From an uncultured Methanosarcinales archaeon (lineage in GTDB: Archaea; Nanobdellota; Nanobdellia; Woesearchaeales; CAYMBN01): a DNA stretch of 64,000 nucleotides. The stretch covers positions 200,962-264,961 of the forward strand of contig CAYMBN010000001.1 of NCBI GenBank assembly GCA_964388715.1. The letters are read 5' to 3'. Below are positions 46,279 through 56,734 of the stretch, one piece after another; positions within the stretch are counted from its first letter, which is position 1; each line of letters begins with the position of its first letter. The notes under the pieces were generated by a model that saw nothing but the letters and a program-made list of their open reading frames with translations, ran no database searches and was not told the origin of the DNA. The translations under genes and the position numbers were made by a program.

Positions 46279-47769
46279 TTATTTAATTACAACAATATCT
46301 TTGAGTCTTTTTAGTGCTTGCTTTGCGTATTTAAGACGGGTTTTGTTTTCTGCGTAGATTGTGAAGATTCTTTCTCCTTTCTTTACTTTGTCTTTTTCAT
46401 GTTTGTAAAGATACATTCCTGCGCCATTATCTTTTGGTGCACCTGCGATTCTGCATACTTTTGCAATGTGATAATTGTTTAAATCATATATTTTTCCTGA
46501 TTTTTTTGCCTTGTAATGGAAAGAGTGTTTTCCTATTTCAATTTGACTTGGCTTAATGTTAGATTTACCTTTCTGAGCTTTGATAATCTCTTTCATTTTC
46601 TTGTATGCTTTGCCTGATTCAAGTATTTCTCTTGCTTTCTTTTCTGGATTTTTTATGTCAAGCATTCTGAAAACATCTCCTGCAAGATGAATTGCTTTTC
46701 TTCTTAAATCTTCAGGTGCTTTTGGATGATTTCTTAGAACCCAAAGAACGTCACGTGCTTCAAGTGCAGGGCCAATTCCGTTTCCAATTGGTTGGTAACC
46801 TTCTGTCATGTATACTTTAACTTTCATTCCAAGTTTTTTTCCTATCTTTATGAAGTCATTCTTAAGTGCAACTGCTTTTTTGTGAGTTTTAATCTTAGTA
46901 TCTTTGCCAACAGGAATATCAATTACAACGTGGGTTGAACCAACTGCAGCTTTTTTTGCAAGAATACTTGCAAGTAACATACCTCTTGGATCAAGTGCGA
47001 GTGGGTTTCTTATTTGAATTAATTTGTCGTCAGCACCTGCTAAGTTAACAGCACCACCCCAAACAATGCAGGCATTTGTTTTTCTTACTATTTTTCTCAT
47101 TTGTTTTGCAGAAAAAGATACTTTTGCTAAAACTTCCATTGTGTCTGCTGTACCAGCTGGGCTTGTTATTGCTCTTGAAGATGTTTTTGGCATTGTATAA
47201 CCAGCTGCTGCAACAATTGGTACAACTAACATTGTTGTCCTATTGCCTGGAACACCACCAGAACAGTGTTTGTCAACAATAATTTTGTTTTTTAGTTTTA
47301 ATGTGTTACCATTTCTTACAATTGCTTTTGTTAATGAGACACTTTCTATATCATTAAGACCGTGTAAGTAAGAAGCTGCTACAAAATAAGTCATTTCAAC
47401 ATTGTCAAGATTTCTGTTAACAACGTCTTTTACTATTTCGTTTATTTCATCATTGTTTAATCTTTCACCTTTCAGTTTTTTCTTGATATAAGAGATTGAG
47501 ATCGGTTTGTTAGCTATATCAATTTCAACTGTGGAACCATTTCTTGCACCAATAGCGTCGAGAACTTCTTCAAACAAACCAATATTACCTGGTGGAACTG
47601 CTTTGCTTGATTCAGCTATGTCAACTACAGCGATAACTGATTCAACACCTCTTTTTATTTTAATTCTGTCAAGAACATGAAAATCAAATTTGGTTGCATC
47701 TCTCTCATTAATTAAACAAACAAAAGTACCACCTGTAGAAATATCCATATCTTTTACTTTGATTTTCAT
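46279..47769 (-). CDS. AMP phosphorylase (thymidine phosphorylase family)
   Basis: DKHCSGGVPGNRTT, KTSSRAITSPAGTADTMEVLA, GIGPALEA; N-terminal extra domain. Confidence 0.93.
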   Translation of the reverse strand: MKIKVKDMDISTGGTFVCLINERDATKFDFHVLDRIKIKRGVESVIAVVDIAESSKAVPPGNIGLFEEVLDAIGARNGSTVEIDIANKPISISYIKKKLKGERLNNDEINEIVKDVVNRNLDNVEMTYFVAASYLHGLNDIESVSLTKAIVRNGNTLKLKNKIIVDKHCSGGVPGNRTTMLVVPIVAAAGYTMPKTSSRAITSPAGTADTMEVLAKVSFSAKQMRKIVRKTNACIVWGGAVNLAGADDKLIQIRNPLALDPRGMLLASILAKKAAVGSTHVVIDIPVGKDTKIKTHKKAVALKNDFIKIGKKLGMKVKVYMTEGYQPIGNGIGPALEARDVLWVLRNHPKAPEDLRRKAIHLAGDVFRMLDIKNPEKKAREILESGKAYKKMKEIIKAQKGKSNIKPSQIEIGKHSFHYKAKKSGKIYDLNNYHIAKVCRIAGAPKDNGAGMYLYKHEKDKVKKGERIFTIYAENKTRLKYAKQALKRLKDIVVIK

Positions 47770-47785
47770 TATTTACCTCTCTTTT

Positions 47786-48214
47786 TTACTTGCTTCTCAT
47801 AATATACAATTTAATTTGATCATGAATTTGTTTTTTATCTTTAACATGATGCATTTTAAAGTTAGGAGTGAAAAGGATTGAACATGTTCCAAGTAATGTG
47901 TCAAAAAAGTTTCGTATAATGCTCATCTTACTTATGTTTTTTAAGGGAAGTGTTTTGTTTTTATGTTGAACTTTGTCATGGAAAAAGTGAAATTTTTTGT
48001 AATTTTTTTTGTGGAATAGGATAAGTTCAAGTGCAATTAGGATAAGGATGATTGAGATTGACATTAAATGTAAGTGCGGATTTAGTTTGTAATCAAGAAA
48101 ATAAAAGTTTAGTAAAACTCCAATGTAAAGGATTGCTCCTAATGCTAAAAGTTTTATTCCATAAGGTATAAGAATTCTTGGAGTGTGTGTTTTTAATGTA
48201 AAGTGAGGTATCAT
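47786..48214 (-). CDS. Two-TM membrane protein with PH-like domain
   Basis: Two hydrophobic helices then NFFDTLLGTCSI pattern. Confidence 0.6.
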   Translation of the reverse strand: MIPHFTLKTHTPRILIPYGIKLLALGAILYIGVLLNFYFLDYKLNPHLHLMSISIILILIALELILFHKKNYKKFHFFHDKVQHKNKTLPLKNISKMSIIRNFFDTLLGTCSILFTPNFKMHHVKDKKQIHDQIKLYIMRSK

Positions 48215-48251
48215 TTTAGGAGTATATATGGGCTTAATAAAAAAGCCTGAA

Positions 48252-48374
48252 TGGGCCTGACCGGACTTTCAAAAATTGGAATTTTCAATTCCAATTAATA
48301 TTTGAACCGGCGATCCTCTCCATTTTGAGTTTTAACTCGTCAAGGAGATGTCATAGCCACTAGACCACAAGCCC
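48252..48374 (-). tRNA. tRNA-Val(GAC) with anticodon-loop intron (about 15 nt) and T-loop intron
   Basis: GGGCTTG/CAGGCCC-A; TCTCC-TTGAC..GGAGA; GCCGG-TTCAAA[intron]TCCGGT. Confidence 0.87.
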
Positions 48375-48426
48375 TTGTTATTGTGATTAACTATTTTTGT
48401 TTATAAATTTTTCTACCAAGTTGAAA

Positions 48427-49209
48427 TTAATTTGGGATTTCTAAATCAGCTGGTTTTACTGTTCTAAACTTATAGGCTGTGAATCTTAAGTTTAGTGTTA
48501 CATCTCCATTATCATTAAATTCTTTGTAAGTGTAAGGAACTCCGTAATTTCCTTCAAGTAAGACTTCTATTTTTTTGCCTTGTTTGTTAGTACCTTCAAT
48601 TTTGTGACTTGTTCTTTGTTCATATATTTCTTCTGATACAATCTTACCTGTGTCAATTAATAAAGTGATTTCTTTAGGAGTGATTGTATAAAGTTCATTG
48701 AAATCACGTTCTGTTGCAACACTTTCTTTTTCACAATCTGCTTCTTTACAAAAGCTGACTGCTATTTGTTGTTCTAGGTCAAGTATTGCAATGTTATCTT
48801 CACCTGTGTTAAACATTTCTCTTGTTCTGATTATGTCAAGACGTGCTGTGTTGGCTATTATTTGATAATCGCGTTCTTCAACACCTTTAATATATCGATA
48901 TTCATAATTTTCAAGGTTTTCTGCGCTTTCGATAATAGTTTTAAGTTTTTCTTCCATTTCTGGTTTTTCACAATCTGAGCATGTTGTGAAATCTTCACCT
49001 TCCTCACACAGTGTGTTGCCGCAGCAAGGAATTATTTCAGAATGTTGACATTCAAAATTAGTTTGTTCTGAACAAAGATCATCTGTGCATGCATTAGCAT
49101 CATCACATGATGCAGGACATGTTTGTGCTTCTGGTTCTTCTGGCACTTCTTCTTTTCCACAAGCTGTTATTAATAGAACTAAAACGATTAATAATAATAT
49201 TTTTCTCAT
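48427..49209 (-). CDS. Lipoprotein with Cys-rich module
   Basis: LLITAC lipobox; CPASCDDANACTDDLC...CCGNTLCEEGE. Confidence 0.8.
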   Translation of the reverse strand: MRKILLLIVLVLLITACGKEEVPEEPEAQTCPASCDDANACTDDLCSEQTNFECQHSEIIPCCGNTLCEEGEDFTTCSDCEKPEMEEKLKTIIESAENLENYEYRYIKGVEERDYQIIANTARLDIIRTREMFNTGEDNIAILDLEQQIAVSFCKEADCEKESVATERDFNELYTITPKEITLLIDTGKIVSEEIYEQRTSHKIEGTNKQGKKIEVLLEGNYGVPYTYKEFNDNGDVTLNLRFTAYKFRTVKPADLEIPN

Positions 49210-49298
49210 TAAAATCACCTCTTGTTTTGAATATTTAAGTATAGAGTATTTATATAGGTTTCGTTAAATATTAATATTTGGGATGATTCTTTTGTTTT

Positions 49299-49964
49299 AT
49301 GTTATCAAAACATGAGAGATTGTTGGAAAGGTTTGAAAAGAAACGGCTTGAGTTTAATAAAACAAAAGATAAAGAAAGGAAAGAGTTGATTAAGAAAGAA
49401 GTTAGAGAGTTAGTTAAGGATTTTCCTGCGCTAAAAGGGTTTTATTCTAATGCTAGAGTTTTTTGGGATTCTGAAGCTCTTATATGGAAGTATAGGATTG
49501 AGCCTGAATATAGAGAGTTTGTTAGGAAATTTTTGAAAAGGAAGGTGAAAGGTAAGATTTTGGATATTGGTTGTGGTAGTTATCCTTATTTTGATTCAGT
49601 TTGTTTGGATATTTCTCATAATATGTTGAGTTTGGTTAATGGGAAACGGGTTCAAGCTGATGTTGAGAAAGGATTGCCTTTTAAAAAAGATTGTTTTGAT
49701 ACTGTTCTTATGGTTTTTCTTTTAAAGTATGTGAAGAATATTGAAGGATTGTTAAAAGAAGCTAAGAGGGTTTGTAAAGGAAAGATAATAATTGTAGAGT
49801 CTTTGGCTAAAACAAATGATTGGTTTGTTGAACAGTTGAAGCAGAAGGATGATGGTTTTGATGAATTCTTGATTAAGTTGTTGAAGAAGAAGAGGTTTAA
49901 GTTTAAGAAGTCTGTTAAAAAGGTTGGGAAGAAAGAGTTGTTGATTGTAAAGATTGGAAAATAA
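49299..49964 (+). CDS. Class I SAM-dependent methyltransferase
   Basis: ILDIGCGS, LDIS..ML, ADVEKGLPFKKDCFD. Confidence 0.85.
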   Translation: MLSKHERLLERFEKKRLEFNKTKDKERKELIKKEVRELVKDFPALKGFYSNARVFWDSEALIWKYRIEPEYREFVRKFLKRKVKGKILDIGCGSYPYFDSVCLDISHNMLSLVNGKRVQADVEKGLPFKKDCFDTVLMVFLLKYVKNIEGLLKEAKRVCKGKIIIVESLAKTNDWFVEQLKQKDDGFDEFLIKLLKKKRFKFKKSVKKVGKKELLIVKIGK

Positions 49965-50085
49965 GCCTCTGGAGGGATCTGCACCCTCGACCTCGGCCTT
50001 ACCAAGGCTTTGCGGACACTTGAAAAACCAGAGTGTCTCGCGCAATTTGTAGGACCTAAAGATCTAGCTACTATGCTACAGAGGC
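49964..50085 (-). tRNA. tRNA-Thr(GGT) with two non-canonical introns (D-loop and anticodon stem)
   Basis: GCCTCTG/CAGAGGC-T; CG[intron]GCC-TTGGTAA-GGCCG; T-loop TGCAGAT with A18/G55 covariation. Confidence 0.82.
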
Positions 50086-50223
50086 ATAATGTGATGTTTT
50101 GTGTATTGATTTATATAATTTTTGCATGTTTTTCAGTTTTTGTCTTTTTTTTCCAACGTATATACTGTTCTAAAGAAAACTTTTTAAAGTGGTTGTGTTT
50201 AGTTGTTTCTGGGGTGTTTAGAC

Positions 50224-50592
50224 ATGAAAAAGAACATTCTTATTATTGAAGATGAAGAAGCAATTGCAAAAGCAGAAGCAATGATATTGGGTAGTGATTT
50301 CAATATTCATGTTGCAAAAGATGGTGAACAGGGATTTAAGATGGCTAAAGAAATTAAGCCTGAGCTTGTTGTCCTTGATTTGATGTTACCAAAACGCGGT
50401 GGGTATGATGTATGTTTTAATATTAGGCAAGATGATGAATTAAAAAATACAAAAATATTAATGGTTACAGCTAAAGCGCAAGAGATTGATGAAGATAAAG
50501 GTATGATGGTTGGTGCTGATCATTACCTTAGAAAACCTTTTGAACCACAAGAGTTAAGAGCGCAGGTAAAGAGATTACTGGAAAATGATTGA
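50224..50592 (+). CDS. Single-domain response regulator (receiver)
   Basis: ILIIEDE, VLDLMLP, MVTAK, KPF. Confidence 0.93.
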   Translation: MKKNILIIEDEEAIAKAEAMILGSDFNIHVAKDGEQGFKMAKEIKPELVVLDLMLPKRGGYDVCFNIRQDDELKNTKILMVTAKAQEIDEDKGMMVGADHYLRKPFEPQELRAQVKRLLEND

Positions 50593-52036
50593 TTTAATTC
50601 ATAAATTCTTTTTCTTTTTAGGTACTGCTGGTGGAGAGTTGCTAAAAAATTCTGTTGAATTGCTTATCTTTACTATTCTAGCTTATATGGTGATATCTGA
50701 ATATTCAAGGATTAAGGGAACTGAGTTAAAATTGTTCTCAATTGCGTTTCTTGGGTTAATGGCTCACAGAGCAATGGTTGTTTTTTTATATTTTTTTGTT
50801 GTTTTTGGTGGTTATAGTACGTTGTCTTTAGAGAAGTATATGCCAATAATAATGCATGCACCTGAATTGTTTGCTTTAGTGTTTCTTGTGAATGCTTTTA
50901 TTTATCCTTTAATTAAAAAAAGGTTTAAGAGAAATCTTCTTGTTGAAACTGGTTTAGTAATTTTGATTGTAATCATTATAGAAATTTTCTGGTTGAATAT
51001 GTGGAGAGCTGATCGAGCTTTGTTGTTTAGGAATCACTGGTTTAATACTATTTTTATATTGTTGCAGATTTTGATATTAGCTTATCCTATTTATTATATC
51101 CCACTTAAAGCTTCGAGAAGGGTAATAAGGTATAGAAAAAATATTGTGCTTGGGTTTACTGTTTATTTAATCAAACCTTTCTTGCACTTAACTAATATTG
51201 TTTTATATGATAATCAGTCTGTAAGATTAGCTTTGGTTGAACATCCGTTTACAATATTAGCAGTACTTTTGTTTGTGAGAGTTATTTATCTTAAACTTGC
51301 TGATAAAGCAAGACTTCTTGATAAATTAAGGTCAACAGAGTATAAGTATAAAAAAGAGAAGGAGATAAGTGAAATGAAGGATGAGTTTATTTCTGTTGTA
51401 AGTCATGAGTTAAGAACGCCGTTGACATCTATAAAATTGTATTTGTCTTTATTAAGGGATGGTAATTTTGGGAAAGTGAGTAAAAAACAAAAAGATGCTA
51501 TTACTACTATTGATGATGAAGCTGGAAGATTGAATGGAATGATTAATAATATACTTGATTTGTCAAGACTTGAGGCAAAGAGGGTTAAGTTAAGCATTAA
51601 AAAAGTAGATTTAAATGAGTTGATTTCTGATTTTTATTTTAAAGAAGCTGAACAAAAGGGGTTAAAGGTTGTGATAAAGGTTCCTGGTAAGTTTATGGTT
51701 AATGTTGATCCTGAACAGTTTAAACAGGTTTTGATTAACTTGATTAATAATGCAACAAAGTTTACTGAAAAGGGTAAGATTATTATTTCTGCTAAAAAAG
51801 TTAAGCAAGGATGGACATTGATTATAGAAGATACTGGTGTTGGAATTGAAAAGGATAAAATTCCTTTGTTGTTTGATAAGTTTTATCAGACAGAACATCA
51901 TATGACCCGAACACAAAAGGGTTCTGGACTTGGTCTTGCTATTGCAAAAAAGATTGTTGAGTTACATAATGGCAGAATTGAGGTTGAAAGTGATTATGGT
52001 AAAGGAAGTAGGTTTATTATAGATATGCCTGAGTGA
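50585..52036 (+). CDS. Multi-TM sensor histidine kinase (HisKA + HATPase_c)
   Basis: SHELRTPLTSI, NLINNATKFT, DTGVGI, GSGLGL; about 7 TM N-terminus. Confidence 0.95.
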   Translation: MIDLIHKFFFFLGTAGGELLKNSVELLIFTILAYMVISEYSRIKGTELKLFSIAFLGLMAHRAMVVFLYFFVVFGGYSTLSLEKYMPIIMHAPELFALVFLVNAFIYPLIKKRFKRNLLVETGLVILIVIIIEIFWLNMWRADRALLFRNHWFNTIFILLQILILAYPIYYIPLKASRRVIRYRKNIVLGFTVYLIKPFLHLTNIVLYDNQSVRLALVEHPFTILAVLLFVRVIYLKLADKARLLDKLRSTEYKYKKEKEISEMKDEFISVVSHELRTPLTSIKLYLSLLRDGNFGKVSKKQKDAITTIDDEAGRLNGMINNILDLSRLEAKRVKLSIKKVDLNELISDFYFKEAEQKGLKVVIKVPGKFMVNVDPEQFKQVLINLINNATKFTEKGKIIISAKKVKQGWTLIIEDTGVGIEKDKIPLLFDKFYQTEHHMTRTQKGSGLGLAIAKKIVELHNGRIEVESDYGKGSRFIIDMPE

Positions 52037-52057
52037 TTCTTTTTCTAGAAAAAAATA

Positions 52058-52199
52058 TGCGAGGGAGGGGACATTCGTGCCATATGGCATTTCGAACCCC
52101 CGGACCCACTAAGAGACAGGATAACATATTAATTCCCATTATCAACAATGGGTGTCAATCTTAAGTCCTGCGCATTTGACCAGACTCTGCAACCCTCGC
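52058..52199 (-). tRNA. tRNA-Leu(TAA) with anticodon-loop and T-loop introns
   Basis: GCGAGGG/CCCTCGC-A73; CAGGA-CTTAAG[intron]A-TCCTG; long variable arm. Confidence 0.88.
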
Positions 52200-52254
52200 G
52201 TAATGTCTGGTATTTAGAAAAAGATGGATTTTATTTAAAAATGTTTTTGTTTTT

Positions 52255-52761
52255 CTACTGTATCTCTACTAAATCTATTCTTTTTTCATCTGAAAAGAAA
52301 ACTCTTTCACCATCCTTAAAGAAAGATGCTCTAGCCTTTATCACAAGAAAAGAAGGATATTCAATTCCTGATCTGAATTTTAGATTGGAAACTGTTAGAT
52401 ATTGTTTTGCATTAGGATTAAGTTTTTCTATACCAAAACTAAAATCTCCAAGTGATTTATCAAAGTGACCAGGTGTTATGCCAAGAATGTCAACTCCTAA
52501 GTCTTCTATTGTATGATTAAAATTGTTTTTTAACTCAACATATATTTCAAAATTGTTCCTGTTTCTTAAGTCATAATATAATCTTGATTCTGGTTGAATG
52601 ATTCTAACTTCAATATTCCCTGTTTCTTCTTCCACAATAGGTTCTTGTTCAACTACTGTTTCATTTGGTTCTTCAACTACAACTGGTTCTGATTGTGGAA
52701 TAGTTTTAGTGCAAGCTGATAAAAGTAGTACTAAAAGTAAAATTGTAATTATTTGTCTCAT
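52255..52761 (-). CDS. Lipoprotein
   Basis: LLLSAC lipobox, acidic linker, beta-rich domain. Confidence 0.75.
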   Translation of the reverse strand: MRQIITILLLVLLLSACTKTIPQSEPVVVEEPNETVVEQEPIVEEETGNIEVRIIQPESRLYYDLRNRNNFEIYVELKNNFNHTIEDLGVDILGITPGHFDKSLGDFSFGIEKLNPNAKQYLTVSNLKFRSGIEYPSFLVIKARASFFKDGERVFFSDEKRIDLVEIQ

Positions 52762-52799
52762 AATAGGTTTAAAATAAGCTATGTTTATAAAATTAACTC

Positions 52800-53336
52800 T
52801 TAGAATGTTACAGATCCTGCACTTACTTGAGCTGATGCGTATCTGTATAGGTTTAGGAATGATTTGACTGATGTTTGTATATGATGAACATCATCAATGA
52901 GTTCTGCTTCAAATGCATCTGTATGAAATTTAAAGATATATTTATCAAAAAGTGCTCTTATGAAGAAGAATGTTGGTTTTTGTTCCCATTTATTTTCATA
53001 GTCTGTTTCAATGTAACCATCAATTATAATCTGTACACTACCTTGATTAAGACGATGTTTGACACCATCTTTTTCAACAACAACATCTTTTATACCTTTC
53101 ATGAAAAGTCTTATTTTCATGATCTTGTTTGCATAATCAGTTGGTTTTTTCCATGGTCGCATTTCTATTTCAATATCTTTACCATTAGGAGTGACTCGCT
53201 CATCATTTTTCTTTTCTAACTTATCATAAGCATTTTCGTAGAACCAGCTGTCAAGTAACTTGTATAAGCCGTTGACACTAAATATACCATCATAATTAAT
53301 CTTCAATTGATCAACTACCAGCTTTTTTTCACTCAT
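52800..53336 (-). CDS. Hypothetical protein, paralog of 53374-53925
   Basis: YDGIFSVNGLYKLLDSW. Confidence 0.78.
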   Translation of the reverse strand: MSEKKLVVDQLKINYDGIFSVNGLYKLLDSWFYENAYDKLEKKNDERVTPNGKDIEIEMRPWKKPTDYANKIMKIRLFMKGIKDVVVEKDGVKHRLNQGSVQIIIDGYIETDYENKWEQKPTFFFIRALFDKYIFKFHTDAFEAELIDDVHHIQTSVKSFLNLYRYASAQVSAGSVTF

Positions 53337-53373
53337 TGTAAAGTATAATTATGTTTGTCATTTATATAACTTT

Positions 53374-53925
53374 CTAAACATTATCTCCTAAGTAACCAGC
53401 ATATTCCCTTCCTTTTGTTTCCATGTTAAGGTAATCTTTTATAACAGCTGCAAACTTAAGCATTCTATAATATATTGTATCCCATGTAATGGAATCTGTT
53501 TTTTTGAAAATGATATATTTGTTGTAGAAATCTTTAAGGAATTCTGTTAATTTGTTTTGTTTGTATCTTCTTTGCCAGTCCCTATATAAGGTACATTTTA
53601 ACTTTATTTCCATACGTGCTTTTGTTAATGTTTTTTTCTGACCATCTTGGAAAATTTCTACTTCATTTATGTCCCAAATATGAAAATTAACTGTAAGATG
53701 GAAGCGGAAGTATTCGTCAATGTTTTTCCAGGCAACCCATTTAAGCATGACTTCTTTACCAAAACCATCACCTGGTTTGAATTTGTAAGTGTCTTCATGA
53801 AACCAATAACGTCTTTGTTTGAGCCATTGTACCATTACTTTGTATAAACCGTCAAAGTCAAATATACCTGTATAACGTATTATCTGTCTCTTTGCAGCAA
53901 TCTTGTCTCCGTGGATTGGTTCCAT
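53374..53925 (-). CDS. Hypothetical protein, paralog of 52800-53336
   Basis: YTGIFDFDGLYKVMVQW. Confidence 0.78.
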   Translation of the reverse strand: MEPIHGDKIAAKRQIIRYTGIFDFDGLYKVMVQWLKQRRYWFHEDTYKFKPGDGFGKEVMLKWVAWKNIDEYFRFHLTVNFHIWDINEVEIFQDGQKKTLTKARMEIKLKCTLYRDWQRRYKQNKLTEFLKDFYNKYIIFKKTDSITWDTIYYRMLKFAAVIKDYLNMETKGREYAGYLGDNV

Positions 53926-54040
53926 TTTATTTTATGTATGAAAAATAGGTTTATAAATCTTTTGAAAAATCCGATGGATTTTTTAAGACATTTATACTTC
54001 AAAAAAAATTTTGTATAAATATTTTTACATATAAATCTGA

Positions 54041-55930
54041 TTATTTAATTCTGATAGTTTCTAGATTTCTTGGTGCATTGGTTTCAATCCTGTTTTGTTT
54101 ATGAATTGAAGATGCTAAGTCAAGGCACCTAGAGTTTTCGCCGTGGTTAATGATAACTTTCTTAGGTTTTGGATTACAACGTTGTACAAAAGTCATTAGT
54201 TCGTTTCTGTCTGCGTGATTTGTAATTTCTATCTTGCTAACTTCCATTTTAAGTTCTGTTACTTCTTGTTTGTTTCCACTGTGAAATACAATTTCTCTTA
54301 AACCGTTCTGGATACGTCTTCCTAGTGAACCTTCACCTTGGTAACATGAGAAAACTAAAGAGTTTTTTGGATTATCTGCAAGATGTTTAAGATATTCAAC
54401 ACTTGGTCCTCCTACCAACATACCTGATGTTGCAAGGATTAAACAAGGACCGTGCTCTTCTATTAATTGCATTCTTTCTTTTTGTGAACCTACTCTTTTG
54501 AAAATGCTTGATAAGAATGGATTTTGATCTTTATGGAAAATCTGTTTTCTTACCTGGCTGTTGAGAAATTCTGGGTATGCTGTGTGTATTGCTGTGATAT
54601 CCCAAACCATTCCATCAATATAAACTGGAATTTCTTTTAATTCTTTGTTTCTTACCATGTTTTCAATAAGTATCATAATTTCCTGTGCCCTACCTGAACC
54701 TAAAACTGGCATTAATATTTTCCCACCACGTTTAACAGTATCAATGATTATTTTCTTGAGAACATTGTCTGATTCTTTTCTGTTAGGCATAATATTATCT
54801 TTTCCACCATATGTTGATTCGATAATCATTGTTTCTAAACGCGGAAAGACTGTTGAACAACCTTCTAAAAGTTGTGTCCTGTTAAATTTGAGATCTCCTG
54901 TAAAAACTAGGTTATGTAATCCATTTCCTATGTGTAAATGGGCCATTGCAGAACCAAGAATATGACCTGAATTATATAATGTGAGTCTTACATCAGGTGT
55001 AATGTCAGTTACTTCTTCGTAATTAAGGCAAATGGTATGTTTAACCATTTCTTTAACGTCATCACTTGTATAGATTGGATCTTTACCTTCATTTCTAGTA
55101 ATTTTAATAAAATCAAGTTGCAACAGACTCATAACATCACGTGTAGGAAGAGTACAATAAACTGGTCCTTTATAGCCAAACTTGAACAAGTATGGAAGGA
55201 AACCTGAGTGATCTAAATGTGAGTGTGATATAATTACTGCGTCAAGTTCATTTATCTTAAACTCAGGTGCGTCTAAAAAAGGGTATGGTTCTCTATCATT
55301 TGCAACATCAATTCCACAATCTAATAATACCCTTGATTCTGGTGTTTGAAGTAAAAGACAACTTCTACCAACATGACGTGCACCTCCTAAGAAGCTTACT
55401 CGAATCCATTCATGTTTTTTCTCACGTATCCAACCATCATATACTCTGTGACCTGTTTTATCTAAAAATTTTCTTCTTGCGTCACTATTTTGATAAAGAA
55501 CAGCTCTAATATTATCAATAATTTTTGATTTGATCGCTGGAGTTCTCTTTATTAAAGGGATCCATAATGTTTTTTCTCTTACTTCCCTTAAAATTGAACC
55601 TTGCTTACCAATTGCTAAACCAGGTTTTTCAGCTTCAATTATAACCATACTTCTTTGTGAGTCAAAGATAATTTGGGATATACCTGCTTCTTTTGGAATA
55701 AGTTTTTTTATTTGTTTTTCTGCTTTTTCAAGTTCCATGCAAATAGAAGGATCTGGTCTTAATTCAACTCTTTTTTTAAATTCATTAACTATTTTTCTGA
55801 TTAATCCCTCATTGTCAAAAAAAAATTGTTTATCTTTGGTGTAAAGAACAATGTTTGCTCCTTCAAACCCTGCTGTGGAAACCTTTTTTGCAGGTACTAT
55901 TTTTAAAATTTCTTTTAGAATATCTCCCAT
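54041..55930 (-). CDS. aCPSF1 (FttA) beta-CASP ribonuclease with KH domains
   Basis: FEGANIVLY, SHSHLDH, GHILGS, ESTYGG, SGML.GGPS, HGE. Confidence 0.96.
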   Translation of the reverse strand: MGDILKEILKIVPAKKVSTAGFEGANIVLYTKDKQFFFDNEGLIRKIVNEFKKRVELRPDPSICMELEKAEKQIKKLIPKEAGISQIIFDSQRSMVIIEAEKPGLAIGKQGSILREVREKTLWIPLIKRTPAIKSKIIDNIRAVLYQNSDARRKFLDKTGHRVYDGWIREKKHEWIRVSFLGGARHVGRSCLLLQTPESRVLLDCGIDVANDREPYPFLDAPEFKINELDAVIISHSHLDHSGFLPYLFKFGYKGPVYCTLPTRDVMSLLQLDFIKITRNEGKDPIYTSDDVKEMVKHTICLNYEEVTDITPDVRLTLYNSGHILGSAMAHLHIGNGLHNLVFTGDLKFNRTQLLEGCSTVFPRLETMIIESTYGGKDNIMPNRKESDNVLKKIIIDTVKRGGKILMPVLGSGRAQEIMILIENMVRNKELKEIPVYIDGMVWDITAIHTAYPEFLNSQVRKQIFHKDQNPFLSSIFKRVGSQKERMQLIEEHGPCLILATSGMLVGGPSVEYLKHLADNPKNSLVFSCYQGEGSLGRRIQNGLREIVFHSGNKQEVTELKMEVSKIEITNHADRNELMTFVQRCNPKPKKVIINHGENSRCLDLASSIHKQNRIETNAPRNLETIRIK

Positions 55931-55974
55931 TTACATTCACCTTTTCAGAATTTTATTCATTTTAAATGAAAAAT

Positions 55975-56616
55975 TTAAATTTCAACCTTGGTTGTGAATT
56001 CCTTATTTAGTACTCTTTTAAAACCTTCTTTTGTAAAGGTTATAACATCAATTCCTCCACCTGATGCTGAGTCTCTTTGTAAAGCAGCATTGATTGATTT
56101 TACTGCAAGTTTAACTCCTTCATCTACTGTGAGGTTTGGTTGGTATAATGTTTCTAAAACACCATATGCCATTACACTTCCTGAGCCAGATGAAATAAAG
56201 TCGTCTACTTCAGTGATGGAACCATCTGCGAAAAGATCATATATGTGAAAACCATCATTGTCTGAGCCACCCATTACAAAATGTGCGATTCCTGGTATCA
56301 TTGACATTCTTCGAATGTTACCATAAACCATGCCTGCTAATAGGTTTGCTGCCTCTTTTACAGTCATTTGTCTACTATTTCTTATTTCTTTAAGTTTGAT
56401 TTCTGCTTTGATTAGTTTTGTTAGTAATTGAGCATCACTTACAGTACCTGCCATTGTGACTGCCATTGTATCTGCAATTAGATGTATTTTTTCAACTCTT
56501 TTGTTAACAATAAAATGTCCAGATGTTGCTCTTTTGTCAGCTGCAAGTACAATTCCATCCTTACAAACTAATCCCAGAGTTGTTGTACCGGTTTTCAAAA
56601 GTTCTTTTTCATTCAT
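55975..56616 (-). CDS. psmB: Proteasome beta subunit
   Basis: KTG/TTT propeptide junction, AADKRAT, SGSGS, RDSASG. Confidence 0.96.
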   Translation of the reverse strand: MNEKELLKTGTTTLGLVCKDGIVLAADKRATSGHFIVNKRVEKIHLIADTMAVTMAGTVSDAQLLTKLIKAEIKLKEIRNSRQMTVKEAANLLAGMVYGNIRRMSMIPGIAHFVMGGSDNDGFHIYDLFADGSITEVDDFISSGSGSVMAYGVLETLYQPNLTVDEGVKLAVKSINAALQRDSASGGGIDVITFTKEGFKRVLNKEFTTKVEI

Positions 56617-56734
56617 TAGTATGCACCTCAGAACTCCTTTATTCTAGAGGGGATAATATTGGTGTATATTTAAATGTTGTGGTTTTTTAATTAAATATAA
56701 ATAAAAGAAATAATTACTCTAAGCTTTGGGGAGA

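Noticed and set aside
49652..50249. ORFs overlapping tRNA-Thr (and similar ones over the TAG, Leu and Met tRNAs)
   Set aside because: Better explained by the tRNA genes and neighbouring CDS.
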